From assembly GCF_046119375.1 (NCBI RefSeq), contig NW_027362768.1, positions 56,668,001 through 56,732,000 of the forward strand: a stretch of 64,000 bases of DNA, in the 5' to 3' direction. Of the stretch, positions 50,306 to 63,500 are shown piece by piece. Source of the stretch: Phyllobates terribilis (lineage: Eukaryota). A model generated the notes under the pieces. It saw only the letters and a program-made list of their open reading frames with translations, had not been told where the DNA came from and made no database searches. Both the position numbers and the translations under genes were made by a program. The first letter of the stretch is position 1, and each line of letters starts with the position of its first letter.

Positions 50306-50873
50306 AGGGTATGTGCAAATGACATTTTGGGGAGGGGAGGGGGCAGATCTCACCAAGGAAACCGCTATGAAAAATACTTGAATGACCATATGCATTTATA
50401 TTAAAAAAACAACTTGCTGTGTACATGTTCAGGCTTCTGCATCTTTTAACAACGTCAGGTTTCTAAAAACACCAAGCGGTTAAAAGAAGTGACCGGTCCA
50501 TTCTAATGGTGCTTTCTATTTGGGAGATGCTCAGTACTTTACAATGATGGTCAATAGAAAGGCTCGAAAGACGCCCAGAAGACTTTTGTAGCATTTTACC
50601 ATGGCTTTTGCTTAAACACACAAGTGGTTTCCTCATTATTCAATGGATAGAAAAAAAACACATGGAAAATTGCAGTAAAAAAGACATGACAAAAACAATG
50701 GGAAAGCACTAAAAAAACTAAGGTGGACAAAACCATATGAAAAATGCCCAGGAAAACAACTGTAAAACTACACAAAAGATGGTTTGCGAAAAAAAGCACC
50801 ATGGTTTTCAGCATCTTCTGCTGAAAAAAGGCAGTTTTGCTTGAGTTTAAAATACTTTGTGTGCACATACCCT
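50306..50873. mobile_element. PIF/Harbinger-type MITE
   Basis: TIRs AGGGTATGTGCA and TGCACATACCCT. Confidence 0.6.
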
Positions 50874-50876
50874 TAA

Positions 50877-51300
50877 AGGGGTTGTCCAGTCAAAAGTGAT
50901 AAGTTTGGAATCAATCTGTGTGACCTCAGGCTTATGAATCTCCCCAGCACATGCATTGTGTGCTGCGGGGATTCGCCAGTTTAAGACTCAGTAACGATCC
51001 TGGCAGCCAGCGCTGCCTCACTCCATACAAGTGTATGGATCGAGGCCACGCCCCGTCTAGTGACGTAGTTGGCCAGTGGGCGCATCCTACTAGAAGGCGC
51101 GGCCTCGTTCAATACAAGTGTATGGAGAGCAAGGCCGCACCCACTGGCCCGGGGGTATATATAACACATACATACCTTCCGTTACCGGGTCTGATACTGG
51201 CAAATCCCCACAGCACACAGTGCATGCGCTGGGGGGGATTCATAAGTCTGCAGTCACACAGTTGTGACTGCATGCTTATCACTTTTGACAGGACTACCAC
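50877..51300. mobile_element. T2/Kolobok-type MITE with long internal inverted repeats
   Basis: TTAA|AGGGGTTGTCC left end. 50890-50980 is an inverted match to 51195-51290. Confidence 0.75.
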
Positions 51301-51678
51301 TTTGTGGTTTTCCAGTTTTAAAGACCCATTCCTAGATTGTTTGTTTGAAAGTAAAAACCAGTGTTATATTCACTCTCCCTAGGTATGCAGCGCTGATGTA
51401 ACGTCACAATGACAGCGTTGCAACTAATCAAGGCACTCAGCAGGTAACTGATTGGCTACAGCTCTATTGACATTATGTCATAGATGCAGACAATTATAGT
51501 CACCAGGTGCAACAGCAGTTTCTACATTTTATAAAAAAGGATGTATCAGACATCAACAGTGAGCAGCCTGCCTCATGTAAGGGGTACTTTAATATATCAC
51601 TAGAACCAAGTTTGAGTATTTGAGGAGGATTCGGAGACATTCTGTTCAGTTTCTGCTCCAAAAAATAAATGTGAACAT

Positions 51679-53816
51679 TAGTGATGAGCAAGCACTAAAA
51701 TGCTCGGTTACTCATTGCTCGGTTCAAGCAAATTGGAATGCTCGAGAGCTCGGTCCGAGTAACGAGCCCAATGTAAGTCTATGGGAAACTCAAGCATTTT
51801 TCTTGACCACCCCCCTGGCAGTCTGCAGAGGGCATAAAAATTGCCCAAAGTGATGGGAACAGTGCTCAAATGACATGGGGACAGCACAGGGAAATATCTG
51901 CTGTCAACAATGTTGTCAAAGTATTACGCCACTTTTATGGACTCAATAAAATATAAAACATAAAAAATAAAACATACAAAAACTAAACCAAAATGGATTT
52001 TCCTGGGAAAAATGTTAAGAAACATCCTTTCCAGGATAATGACTTGTATGTACGGTAAAATAAATATACAAAAACAAAAATGCTCCTCCACACATTGGGC
52101 TGTGCACACACACAGTGTTTTTGATGCGTTTTTGCACTTTTGCATTGCTTTTAACGGTGAAAAACACATTCACCGGTAAATGTAATGTTAACATTTTACT
52201 ACCTTATCTTGCCATGTGGTGTGTGATACATCATCAGACACATCCTGTTTCATTTATGAAGAAGGAACTCTGAAAGTCACGAAGACTATTTTTATAGGGC
52301 CATCAGGCGGCCCTTACTATTCTTAAAGGGCCAGCAGTCGGTCCTCACTATGTTAGAGGGCCATCAGCCGGCTATGCTTTGTTGCTCCCATTAAGGAGTG
52401 GGTCTCCTATACTGTTATTGCATATGCAGTGACTGCAAGGGCTGCCAAAAATTTGGACGCACCCCAATACTCCTTTGAAAAGACATAGAGGAGGGTATCA
52501 GTAAAAAAAATGTTCCCATTATAAAGAAGTGGGTCTCCTATAGTGGTAATGCCCATGTAGTGACTGCAAGGGCTGCCAAAATTTGGGAAAACCCCAATAA
52601 CAATTTAAAGACACATAGAGGGGGCCTCAGTAATGAGTACGACATGTTTCCATTAGAAAGGAGCTGCTCTGCTATCCAGTTATAGGGTATGCAGTGAGTA
52701 CAATGGCTGCCAAAATTTAGGAAAAACCCCAACAACAATTTAAATACACATAGAGGTGGGCCTCAGTAATGAGTACGACATGTTCCCATTAGAAAGGAGC
52801 AGGTCTGCTATCCAGTTATAGGCTATGCAGTGAGTACACGGCTGTCAAAATTTAGGAAAAACCCCAATAACAATTTAAAGACATAGAGGTGGGCCATAGT
52901 AACGACATGTTCCCATTAGAAAGGAGCGGTTCTACTATCCAGTTATAGGGTATGCAGTGAGTACAACAGCTGCCAAATTGGGAAAAACCTCAAAACAATT
53001 TAAAGACATATAGAAGTGGGCCACAATAATGACATGTTCCCATTAGAAAGGAGTGGGTCTCCCATACTGTTCTTGCGTATGCAGTGACTGCAACGGCTGT
53101 CAAACATTTGGAGGCACTCCAATGCCCCTTGCACGTAGAGGAGGGCCTCCTGAAAATTTTTTACCAATTATTAGGAAGTGGGTCTCCCATACTGTTTACC
53201 TATGCAGTGAATGCAATGGATGCCAAAAAATTTGAGGCACTCCAATGCCCTTGCAAGAGACGTAGAGGTGAGAGGACCTCCTGAAAAAAATGTTCCCATT
53301 ATTAGGAAATGGGTCTCCCATACTGTTTGTCTATGCAGAGAATGCAATGGTTGCCAAAACATTGGAGGTACTCCAATGCCCCTTGCAAGAGAAGTAGAGG
53401 AGGGCCTCCTGAAAAAAAATGTTACCAGTATTAGGAAGTGGGTCTCCCATACTGTTTGCCTATGCAGTGATTACAATGGCTGCCAAAAATTTGGAGGCAC
53501 TCCAATGCCCCTTGTAGGAGACGTAGATATGGTGATATGGTAGATATCGTGGTGTAGGATGAGGATGAGGAGAAGGAGGAGGACAAGAGCACATAGACAA
53601 AATCAGGAAGCGTATACCCATGTTTGGGTGTGAAGACAGAGGTTTATGGGAATAGAATTAGACCTCCCAAAAAAAAGACACCGTATTTGAGTTTATGTTA
53701 TGATGTTATCATTCGGTGGTGTTGAGAAGTCTGGCCCAATCCAGACCTTGTTCATTTTCATAAGTCAGCCTGTCAGCATTTTCAGTTGACAGGCGGATGT
53801 GCCTATTGGTTATAAT
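51679..53816 (-). mobile_element. hAT element C: 3' end only, same family as hAT-B, cut by hAT-D
   Basis: TIR TAGTGATGAGC at 51679. 51679-52380 is the reverse complement of ~28880-29561. The transposase C-terminus (RLSTENADRL...MNKVWIGPDFSTPPND) lies on the minus strand at 53695-53816. Confidence 0.92.
52380..53520. repeat. Degenerate ~120-130-bp tandem array in the hAT-C 3' region
   Basis: Repeated TTCCCATTA...GGGTCTCCCATACTG...GGCTGCCAAAA...CCAATGCCCCTTGCA units, the reverse complement of the 28123-28880 unit. Confidence 0.88.
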
Positions 53817-54489
53817 TAGTGTTGAGTAAGCATGCTCGACACTGCTCGGTACTCGCCCGAGCATCACGCTACTCGAAATGTTCGGCGAGCACGGAGCATT
53901 TCCGGGTTACTCGGGCGGGAGCTCGGGTCTCCGCCCTGCATGTTTGGCACTCTTTACAGAGCCAATGAACATGAAGGGATTGCCAGCCAGTCACTGTAAT
54001 GCCGCAGCCATATTGGTTGTGGGCATTACATTGATTGGCTGGCCGCACAGCGTCACCTCGAGTATTTAAAACAGGGCGCCGCCATCTTGGACACAGACGG
54101 CTGGGATCAGACAGTGTAGGGACAGCACTGCTGATTTAGGGAGAGATATATACTGCGAAATAGTTAGTGTAGGGTCTGTAAAGGCTGCCACATCAAACAA
54201 ACAGTCCTTCTCAGGACTAATATCCATCCCAGATATCAGTCAGGCAGGCAGGCAGGCAGGCTGTATAGTAGACACAGTGGTTATACCAGCAAATGCGGCA
54301 TTACAGTCCTGTGTGCTCCTGTTGCTGAAATTGCTGGACTTAGCTCCAGGTCACGGGGGCCAGGAAAAATCCTTTTTTTTTCATCTAAATCCTCTTTTTT
54401 TTTTCCTCCTTCACACTGTACAAATACCTGTCTTATTAACCTTTTGGTGTCCCACCCCCCAAAAAAAAAAAAAAAAGTCTGTCTCTCAT

Positions 54490-57400
54490 TTTTCAGACAC
54501 AAATATATCTGTTGAAAATAGTCTGGTGTAGGCCAGAGAGACAGAAGTGTGGTTTTGCTGTTCCACGCTAGAAAATCTCTATTATCCTGCTTTTGGCATT
54601 TTTTTGCTGTGAAAAAAAACTAATATTGTCTCCCTGATTTTTCAGACAAAAATATATCTGTTGAAAATAGTCTGGTGTAAGCCAGAGAAACAGAAGTGTG
54701 GTTTTGCAGTTCCACCGGTCAAATCTCTGTATTATCCTGCTTTTGGAATTTTTTGCCATAAAGAAAAACAGTAATAGTGTCTCCTGATTGTTCAGACACA
54801 AATATATCTGTTGAAAATAGTCTGGTGTAGGCCCAAGAAATGGAAGTGTGGTTTTGCGGTTCCACGGGTCAAATCTCTGTATTATCCTGCTTTTGCCATT
54901 TTTTGCCGTAAAGAAAAACAGTAATAGTGTCTCCTGATTGTTCAGACACAAATATACAGTACAGATCAAAAGTTTGGACACACCTCATTTAAAGATATTT
55001 CTGTATTTTCATGACTATGAAAACGGTACATTCACACTGAAGGCATCAAAACTATGAATTAACACATGTAGAATTATATGCTTAGCAAAAAAGTGTGAAA
55101 CAACTGAAAATATGTCTTATATTCTAGGTTCTTCAAACTAGCCACCTTTTGCTTTGATGACTGCTTTGCACACTCTTGGCATTCTCTTGATGAGCTTCAA
55201 GAGGTAGTCGCCGGAAATGGTTTTCACTTCACAGGTGTGCCCTGTCAGGTTTAATAAGTGGGATTTCTTGCCTAATAAATGGGGTTGGGACCATCAGTTT
55301 TGTTGTGCAGAAGTCTGATGGATAGACAGATGGTAGTCCTACTGAATAGACTATTAGAATTTGTATTATGGCAAGAAAAAAGCAGCTAAGTAAAGAAAAA
55401 TGAGTGGCCATCATTACTTTAAGAAATGAAGGTCAGTCTGTCCGAAAAATTGGGAAATCTTTGAAAGTGTCCCCAAGTGCAGTTGCAAAAACCATCAAGC
55501 GCTACAAAGAAACTGGCTCACATGAGGACCGCCCCAGGAAAGGAAGACCAAGAGTCACCTCTGCTTCTGAGGATAAGTTTATCCGAGTCACCAGCCTCAG
55601 AAATCGCAGGTTAACAGCAGCTCAGATTAGAGACCAGGTTAATGCCACACACAGTTCTAGCAGCAGACACATCTCTTCAACAACTATTAAGAGGAGACTT
55701 TGCACAGCAGGCCTTCATGGTAAAATAGCTGCTAGGAAACCACTGCTAAGGACAGGCAACAAGCAGAAGAGACTTATTTGGGCTAAAGAACACAAGGAAT
55801 GGACATTAGACCAGTGGAAATCTGTGCTTTGGTCTGATGAGTCCAAATTTGAGATCTTTGGTTCCAACCACCGTGTCTTTGTACGATACAGAAAAGGTGA
55901 ACGGATGGACTCTACATGCCTGGCTCCCACCGTGAAGCATGGAGGAGGAGGTGTGATGGTGTGGGAGTGCTTTGCTGGTGACACTGTTGGGGATTTGTTC
56001 AAAATTTAAGGCATACTGAACCAGCATGGCTACCACAGAATCTTGCAGCGGCATGCTATTCCATCAGGTTTGTGTTTAGTTGGACCATCATTTATTTTTC
56101 AACAGGACAATGACCCCAAATACACCTCCAGTCTGTGTAAGAGCTATCTGACCAAGAAGGAGAGTGATGGGGTGCTACGCCAGATGACCTGACCTCCACA
56201 GTCACCAGACCTGAACCCAATCGAGATGGTTTGGGGTGAGCTTAACCGCAGAGTGAAGGCAAAAGGGCCAATAAGTGCTAAGCATCTCTGGGAACTCCTT
56301 CAAGATTGTTGGAAGACCATTTCCGATGACTACCTCTTGAAGCTCATCAAGAGAATGCCAAGAGTGTGCAAAGCAGTCATCAAAGCAAAAGGTGGCTACT
56401 TTGAAGAACCTAGAATATAAGACATATTTTCAGTTGTTTCACACTTTTTTGTTAAGTATATAATTCCAAATGTGTTAATTCATAGTTTTGATGCCTTCAG
56501 TGTGAATGCACAATTTTCATAGTCAGGAAAATACAGAAAAAACTTTAAATGAGAAGGTGTGTCCAAACTTTTGGTCTGTACTGTATCTGTTGAAAGTAGT
56601 CTGGTGTAGGCCTGAGAAATAGAAGTGTGGTTTTGCAGTTCCACGGGTCAAATTTCTGTATTATCCTGCTTTTGGCATTTTTTGCATAAAGAAAAACAGT
56701 AATAGTGTCTCGTGATTGTTCAGACACAAATATATCTGTTGAAAATAGTCTGGTGTAGACCCGAGAAATAGAAGTGTGGTTTTGCAGTTCCACGGATCAA
56801 ATCTCTGTATTATCCTGCTTTTGGCATTTTTTGCCGTAAAGAAAAACAGTAATAGTGTCTCCTGATTGTTCAGACCGCAAATATTTCTGTTGAAAATAGT
56901 CTGGTGTAGGCCGAGAAATAGAAGTGTGGTTTTGCAGTTCCACGGGTCAAATCTCTGTATTATCCTGCTTTTGGCATTTTTTGCTGTAAAGAGAAACAGT
57001 AATAGTGTCTCCTGATTGTTCAGACACACATATATATGTTGAAAATAGTCTGGTGTAGACCCGAGAAATAGAAGTGTGGTTTTGCAGTTCCACGGGTCAA
57101 ATCTCTGTATAATCCTGCTTTTGGAATTTTTTGCTGTAAAGAAAAACAGTAATAGTGTGTCCTGATTGTTCTGACACAAATATATCTGTTGAAAATGGTC
57201 TGGTGTAGGCCAGAGAAACAGAAGTGTGGTCTTGCAGTTCCATGGTTCAAACCTCTGTATTATCCACTTTTGGGCCATTTGTATCTAAAGAAAAACAGTT
57301 TGAGTGTGTCGCTCACTGTTCAGCCGCAAATATATATATTTATAAAAGTCTGGTGTACACCAGTAAATTATAACTGTGGTTTTGCTGTTCCACGGTAAAA

Positions 57401-57960
57401 AATCTCTATTATCCTGCTTTTAGCATTTTTTGCTGTAAAAAAACAACTAATAGTGTCTCCCTGATTTTTCAGACACAAATATATCTGTTGAAAATAGTCT
57501 GGTGTAGGCCCGAGAAATAGAAGTGTGGTTTTGCAGTTCCACTGGTCAATCTCTGTATTATCCTGCTTTTGGCATTTTTTGCCGTGAAAAAAAACTAGTA
57601 GTGTCTCCTGATTTTTCACACAAAAATATATCTGTTGAAAATAGTCTGGTGTAGGCCAGTGAAACAGAAGTGTGGTTTTGCAGTTCCACGGGTCAAACCT
57701 CTGTATTATCCACTTTTGGGCCATTTGTATCTAAAAAAAACAGTTTGAGTGTGTCGCTCACTGTTCAGCCGCAAATATATCTATTTAAAATTGTCTGGTA
57801 TACCCCAGTAAACAATAACTGTGGTTTTGCCATTCCACAGTAAAAAATCTCTGTTATTCAGCTTTTGGTATTTTTTCCGTAAAGAAAAACAGTAATAGTT
57901 TCTCCCGGATTGTTCAGATTGTTTAAAAGAGTCGGGTGTAGGCCAGTGAAATAGAACTGT
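54490..57960. repeat. Tandem array of a ~150-bp unit (~13 copies) upstream of the hAT-D transposase, split by a Tc1
   Basis: TCTGTTGAAAATAGTCTGGTGTAG anchor (or a degenerate form) at ~54508, 54657, 54807, 56586, 56735, 56886, 57035, 57185, 57484 and 57631. Confidence 0.95.
54957..56583 (+). mobile_element. Complete but inactivated Tc1 transposon, 1627 bp
   Basis: TA|CAGTACAGATCAAAAGTTTGGACAC...GTGTCCAAACTTTTGGTCTGTACTG|TA. Transposase 55368-56420 with WSDESKF and FQQDNDPK motifs, interrupted by stops. Confidence 0.95.
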
Positions 57961-58047
57961 GGTTTTCCTCTTCCACGGTTCTAATCTACTTTTTATTACC
58001 CTTTTTCCATTGATAGTGCAAGTGTAAGCTATTTTACTTCCTTTACA

Positions 58048-60359
58048 ATGGGCAAGGCGCGTGGCAAGGGACGTGGTACTGGACGTTCTGGTGATGGTGC
58101 GTGCAGAGGACGGGGCCGTGGCCAAGGCGAAAATGTGCCACAACCAACAGCCACATCTTCTCGCTCCCATTCTTGACCAAATTACTAGGAAAGCACAGAA
58201 CAACACCAGTATTGCGAAATGATCAGTGTGAACAGGTTATTAATTGGATAGCAGATAATGCTTCCAGTGGAGACGGAATCCTTCCGCAACCTTATGGCGG
58301 TGGCCATCCCTCGGTACTCGGTCCCCAGCCGACACTATTTTGCCCGGTGTGCCATCCCTGCACTACTCAAGCACGTGTCCCAAAACATCTACCGTGCCCT
58401 CAAAAACGCAGTTACTGGGAGAGTCCACCTGACAACAGACATGTGGACAACTGCTTGAGGCCAGGGACAGTACATCTCCCTGACGGCACAATGGGTAAAC
58501 ATAGCGGAAACCGGGACCCAGTCGGTCCTTGGGACGGAACACATCCTCCCCACACCGAGGATTGCGGGCCCTATGTCAGTCAGAGTTGCCCCCACAGTGT
58601 ACAGCTCCTGCGCATCATCCTTCTCCTCCTCTTCATGTTCAGCCTCCATCTCAGATATCACCACATCAGTTACAAGCTGGAAGCACTGCAGTACTGCCTC
58701 CGCCAAGCGGCAACAGGCTGTGCTGAAACTCATAAGCTTAGGTGAGAAACCTCACACTGCTTGTGAGTTGTGGACAGCTGTGAAAGCGCAGGCAGATCTG
58801 TGGCTGACACCGCTGAACCTACATCCAGGCATGGTCGTGTGTGACAATGGCCGTAACCTGGTGGCGGCTCTGAGGCGAGGCGAGATCACACACGTACCAT
58901 ACCTGGCTCATGTGCTTAACCTCGTGGTTCAGCGGTTTCTTAAATCATACCCAGAGTTGCCAGATCTGCTTGTCAAAGTACGCCAACTGTCAGCTCATTT
59001 TCGGAAGTCGGCTACAGCTTCCGCCGCCCTTGCTGTGTTGCAGCAGCGTTTGCAGCTTCCGTCACACCGACTGGTGTGTGATGTCCCCACACGTTGGAAC
59101 TCTACCCTCCACATGTTGCAATGGATTTGTGAGCAGAAGAGAGCAGTTGTGGAGTAGCAGCTGCAACAAGGCCATCGATATTCAGGTCAGACTCCACACA
59201 TAAGACCTCAGGAGTGGACCTGGATGTCTGACACATGTACCATCTTGACAAACTTTGAGGAGTCCACCAAGAGGGTGAGTGGCGATGACACCATCATTAG
59301 CGTCAGCATTCCACTTGTCTGTCTTTTGCAACGCTCTCTGCAGAGAATTAAAGAGGAGGCATTGCAGCCAGAGTATGATGAGATCGATCAAGAAGCCGTA
59401 GCGGTCGATTACACACAGCCCAGCCTCATCTCATCCCAATGTGCATTGGGGGACAATGAGGGAGAGGAGGAGGAAGAACAGGAGCTTGTATCATGCGCTG
59501 TAGACGGTAGTACCTGTACAACTGTCATACTGTCGGTTCAGCGTGGGTGGCCTGAGGACAGGGGGGAGGAGGGGGAGGAGGAGGAGGAGGAAGAGGAGGA
59601 GGAGAGCATGGTCAGTTGTCTTCTTGGTGAGGACACGGAAGTCTTGCCCATTACCAGTTTGGCACGCATGGCTGACTTTATGTTACGCTGCCTTAACCGT
59701 GACTCTCGCGTTGTCAAAATGTTGGGTGAAAGTCATTACTGGTTGGTGACACTTTAGACCCCCGCTACAAGGAGAACTTTCTCTCTCTTATTCCTGAGGT
59801 GGAGAGGTCTACAAAAATTGGGCAGTACCAGAAGGCTCTTGCTGCAGAACTGTTAAAAAAAATTCCCATCTGAACACGCTAGAGGCAGAGGTCACAGTTC
59901 ATTGCCCAACCAAGGCGTACATGCGAGAGAGATGCAACTCCAATCCAGCAGAGGCAGGGGAACACTGTCAACGTTCTGGGACAGTTTTCTCAGACCCTCC
60001 CTTCGGCAGACCCTGAGGCGTGGGGTACTCTCACAAGGAGTGGAAAGTTTCAAAAGATGGTGAGGGAGTACCGTGGCAACCGTACCAGCGTCCTCCGTGA
60101 TTCCTCTGTGCCTTTTAATTATTGGGTATCCAAGCTGGACACTTGGAATGAACTCGCTCTGTACGCCTTGGAGGTCCTGGCCTGCCCTGCCGCTAGCGTG
60201 TTATCGGAGCGTGTTTTTAGTGCTGCTGGTGGAATTATAACTGATAAGCGCACTCGCCTGTCAACTGACAATGCTGACAAGCTGACCCTTATCAAAATGA
60301 ACAAGGGCTGGATTGGGCCAGACTTCTCATCACCACCAAATGACAGCAGAGTAACATAA
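58048..60359 (+). pseudogene. hAT-D transposase pseudogene lacking the BED finger
   Basis: Starts MGKARGKGRG. Jumps from WIADNASS directly to VETESFRNLM. Contains LTTDMW, VCDNGRN, DVPTRWNS and SERVFSAAG, with several stops and frameshifts. Confidence 0.92.
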
Positions 60360-60559
60360 AGTCAAATCCACTGTGTTATTTTGGGAGGTGTATTCACATG
60401 CACCGCTTCACACCTACACATGGGTATACGCTTACTCATTTCGGCTGTTTTATGTTCTTCTCCTTATCCTTAGCCTCCACCACCACTATACCACCAAGGT
60501 GACCGTGTTCCGTGTTGCCATTATTGAAAGTTCCTCCGTCCTTATTTTTGTCAGCTTTT

Positions 60560-63500
60560 GTTTGGAAGCCATAAGCAAAGACTGTGGGAGACCCACTCCC
60601 CAATAATGGGAATAATATTTTTAAGATGCTGTACTGTATGGCTCTTGTAAGGGGCATTCAAACCATCTTGTTAAGCTACTGTGACCTCCACCACTTTTTT
60701 ACCAAGGGGCATTAAAACCGTCTTTTTAATCTACTGGGACCTCCACGTCTCTTCCAAGGTGCATTAAAACCGTCTTGTTAAGCTACTGGGACCTCCACGT
60801 CTCTTCCAAGGGGCATTAAAACCGTCTTGTTAACCTACTGGGACCTCCATGTCTCTTCCAAGGGGCATTCAAACCATCTTGTTAAGCTACTAGGACCTCC
60901 ACGTCTCTTCCAAGGGGCATTCAAACCGTCTTGTTAAGCTACTGGGACCTCCACGTCTATTCGAAGGGGCATTCAAACCGTCTTATTAAGCTACTGCGAC
61001 CTGCACCACATTTCCAAGGGGCATTCAAACCGTCTTGTTAAGCTACTGGGACCTCCACGTCTCTTCTGAGGGGCATTAAAAGCGTCTTGTTAAGCTACTG
61101 AGACCTCCACCACTTTTCCAAGGGGCATTAAAACCGTCTTGTTAAGCTACTGGGACCTCCACGTCTCTTCCAAGGGGCATTCAAACCGTCTTATTAAGCT
61201 ACTGCGACCTGCACCAGTTTTCCAAGGGGCATTCAAACCGTCTTGTTAAGCTACTGTGACCTCCACCACTTTTCCAAGGGGCATTAAAACCGTCTTGTTA
61301 AGCTACTGGGACCTCCACGTCTCTTCTGAGGGGCATTAAAAGTGCCTTGTTAAACCACTCTGAACTCCACAGCTCTTCCAAGGGGCATTGAAATGTTGTT
61401 TTTAATTAACTCCAACCTCCACGACTCTTCGAACGGGCATTGCATTTACTCCTAAATTTTGGCAGCTTTTGCTTGGAAGGCATAAGCAAAGACTATGGCA
61501 GACCCACTCCCCAATAATTGGAATAATGTTTGTAATATGCTGTACTGCATGGCTCTTGTAAGGGGCATTGCAAGTTCCTCCATCCTAATTTTTGGCAGCT
61601 TTTGCTTGGAAGGCATAAGCAAAGACAATGGGAGACCCACTCCCCAATAATGGGAATAATGTTTGTAATATGCTGTACTGCATGGTTCTTGTAAGGGGCA
61701 TTGCAAGTTCCTCCGTCCTAATTTTTGGCAGCTTTTGCTTGGAAGGCATAAGCAAAAACTATGGGAGACCCACTCCCCAATAATGGGAATAATGTTTGTA
61801 ATATGCTGTACTGCATGGCTCTTGTAAGGGGCATTGCAAGTTCCTCCGTCCTAATTTTTGGCAGCTTTTACTTGGAAGGCATAAGCAAAGACTGTGGGAG
61901 ACCCACTCCCCAATAATGGGAATAATATTTTTAAGATGCTGTACTGTATGGCTCTTGTAAGGGGCATTAAAACTGTCTTGTTAAGGTACTGTGACCTCCA
62001 CCACTTTTCCAAGGGGCATTAAAACCATCTTGTTAAGCTACTGGGACCTCCATGTCTCTTCTGAGGGGCATTAAAAGCATCTTGTTAAGCTACTGCGACC
62101 TCCACCACTTTTCCGAGGGGCATTCAAACCGTCTTGTTAAGCTACTGTGACCTCCACCACTTTTCCAAGGGGCATTAAAACCGTCTTGTTACGCTACTGC
62201 GACCTCCACGTCTCTTCTGAGGGGCATTAAAAGCGTCTTGTTAAGCTACTGCGACCTCCACCACTTTTCCGAGGGGCATTAAAAACGTCTTGTTAAGCTA
62301 CTGTGACCTCCACCACTTTTCCAAGGGGCATTAAAACCGTCTTGTTAAGCTACTGGGACCTCCACGTCTCTTCCAAGGGGCATTCAAACCGTCTTATTAA
62401 GCTACTGCGACCTGCACCAGTTTTCCAAGGGGCATTCAAACCGTCTTGTTAAGCTACTGTGACCTCCACCACTTTTCCAAGGGGCATTAAAACCGTCTTG
62501 TTAAGCTACTGGGACCTCCACGTCTCTTCTGAGGGGCATTAAAAGTGCCTTGTTAAACCACTCTGAACTCCACAGCTCTTCCAAGGGGCATTGAAATGTT
62601 GTTTTTAATTAACTCCAACCTCCACGACTCTTCGAACGGGCATTGCATTTACTCCTAAATTTTGGCAGCTTTTGCTTGGAAGGCATAAGCAAAGACTATG
62701 GCAGACCCACTCCCCAATAATGGGAATAATGTTTGTAATATGCTGTACTGCATGGCTCTTGTAAGGGGCATTGCAAGTTCCTCCATCCTAATTTTTGGCA
62801 GCTTTTGCTTGGAAGGCATAAGCAAAGACAATGGGAGACCCACTCCCCAATAATGGGAATAATGTTTGTAATATGCTGTACTGCATGGTTCTTGTAAGGG
62901 GCATTGCAAGTTCCTCCGTCCTAATTTTTGGCAGCTTTTGCTTGGAAGGCATAAGCAAAAACTATGGGAGACCCACTCCCCAATAATGGGAATAATGTTT
63001 GTAATATGCTGTACTGCATGGCTCTTGTAAGGGGCATTGCAAGTTCCTCCGTCCTAATTTTTGGCAGCTTTTGCTTGGAAGGCATAAGCAAAGACTGTGG
63101 GAGACCCACTCCCCAATAATGGGAATAATATTTTTAAGATGCTGTACTGTATGGCTCTTGTAAGGGGCATTAAAACTGTCTTGTTAAGGTACTGTGACCT
63201 CCACCACTTTTCCAAGGGGCATTAAAACCATCTTGTTAAGCTACTGGGACCTCCATGTCTCTTCTGAGGGGCATTAAAAGCATCTTGTTAAGCTACTGCG
63301 ACCTCCACCACTTTTCCAAGGGGCATTCAAACCGTCTTGTTAAGCTACTGTGACCTCCACCACTTTTCCAAGGGGCATTAAAACCGTCTTGTTACGCTAC
63401 TGCGACCTCCACATCTCTTCTGAGGGGCATTAAAAGCGTCTTGTTAAGCTACTGCGACCTCCACCACTTTTCCGAGGGGCATTAAAAACGTCTTGTTAAG

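Noticed and set aside
56661-57724. Repetitive minus-strand ORFs of 118-205 aa (also 54568-54981, 28507-28806, 61452-61706, 62655-62909)
   Set aside because: By-products of tandem units with lengths near multiples of three; no domain signature.
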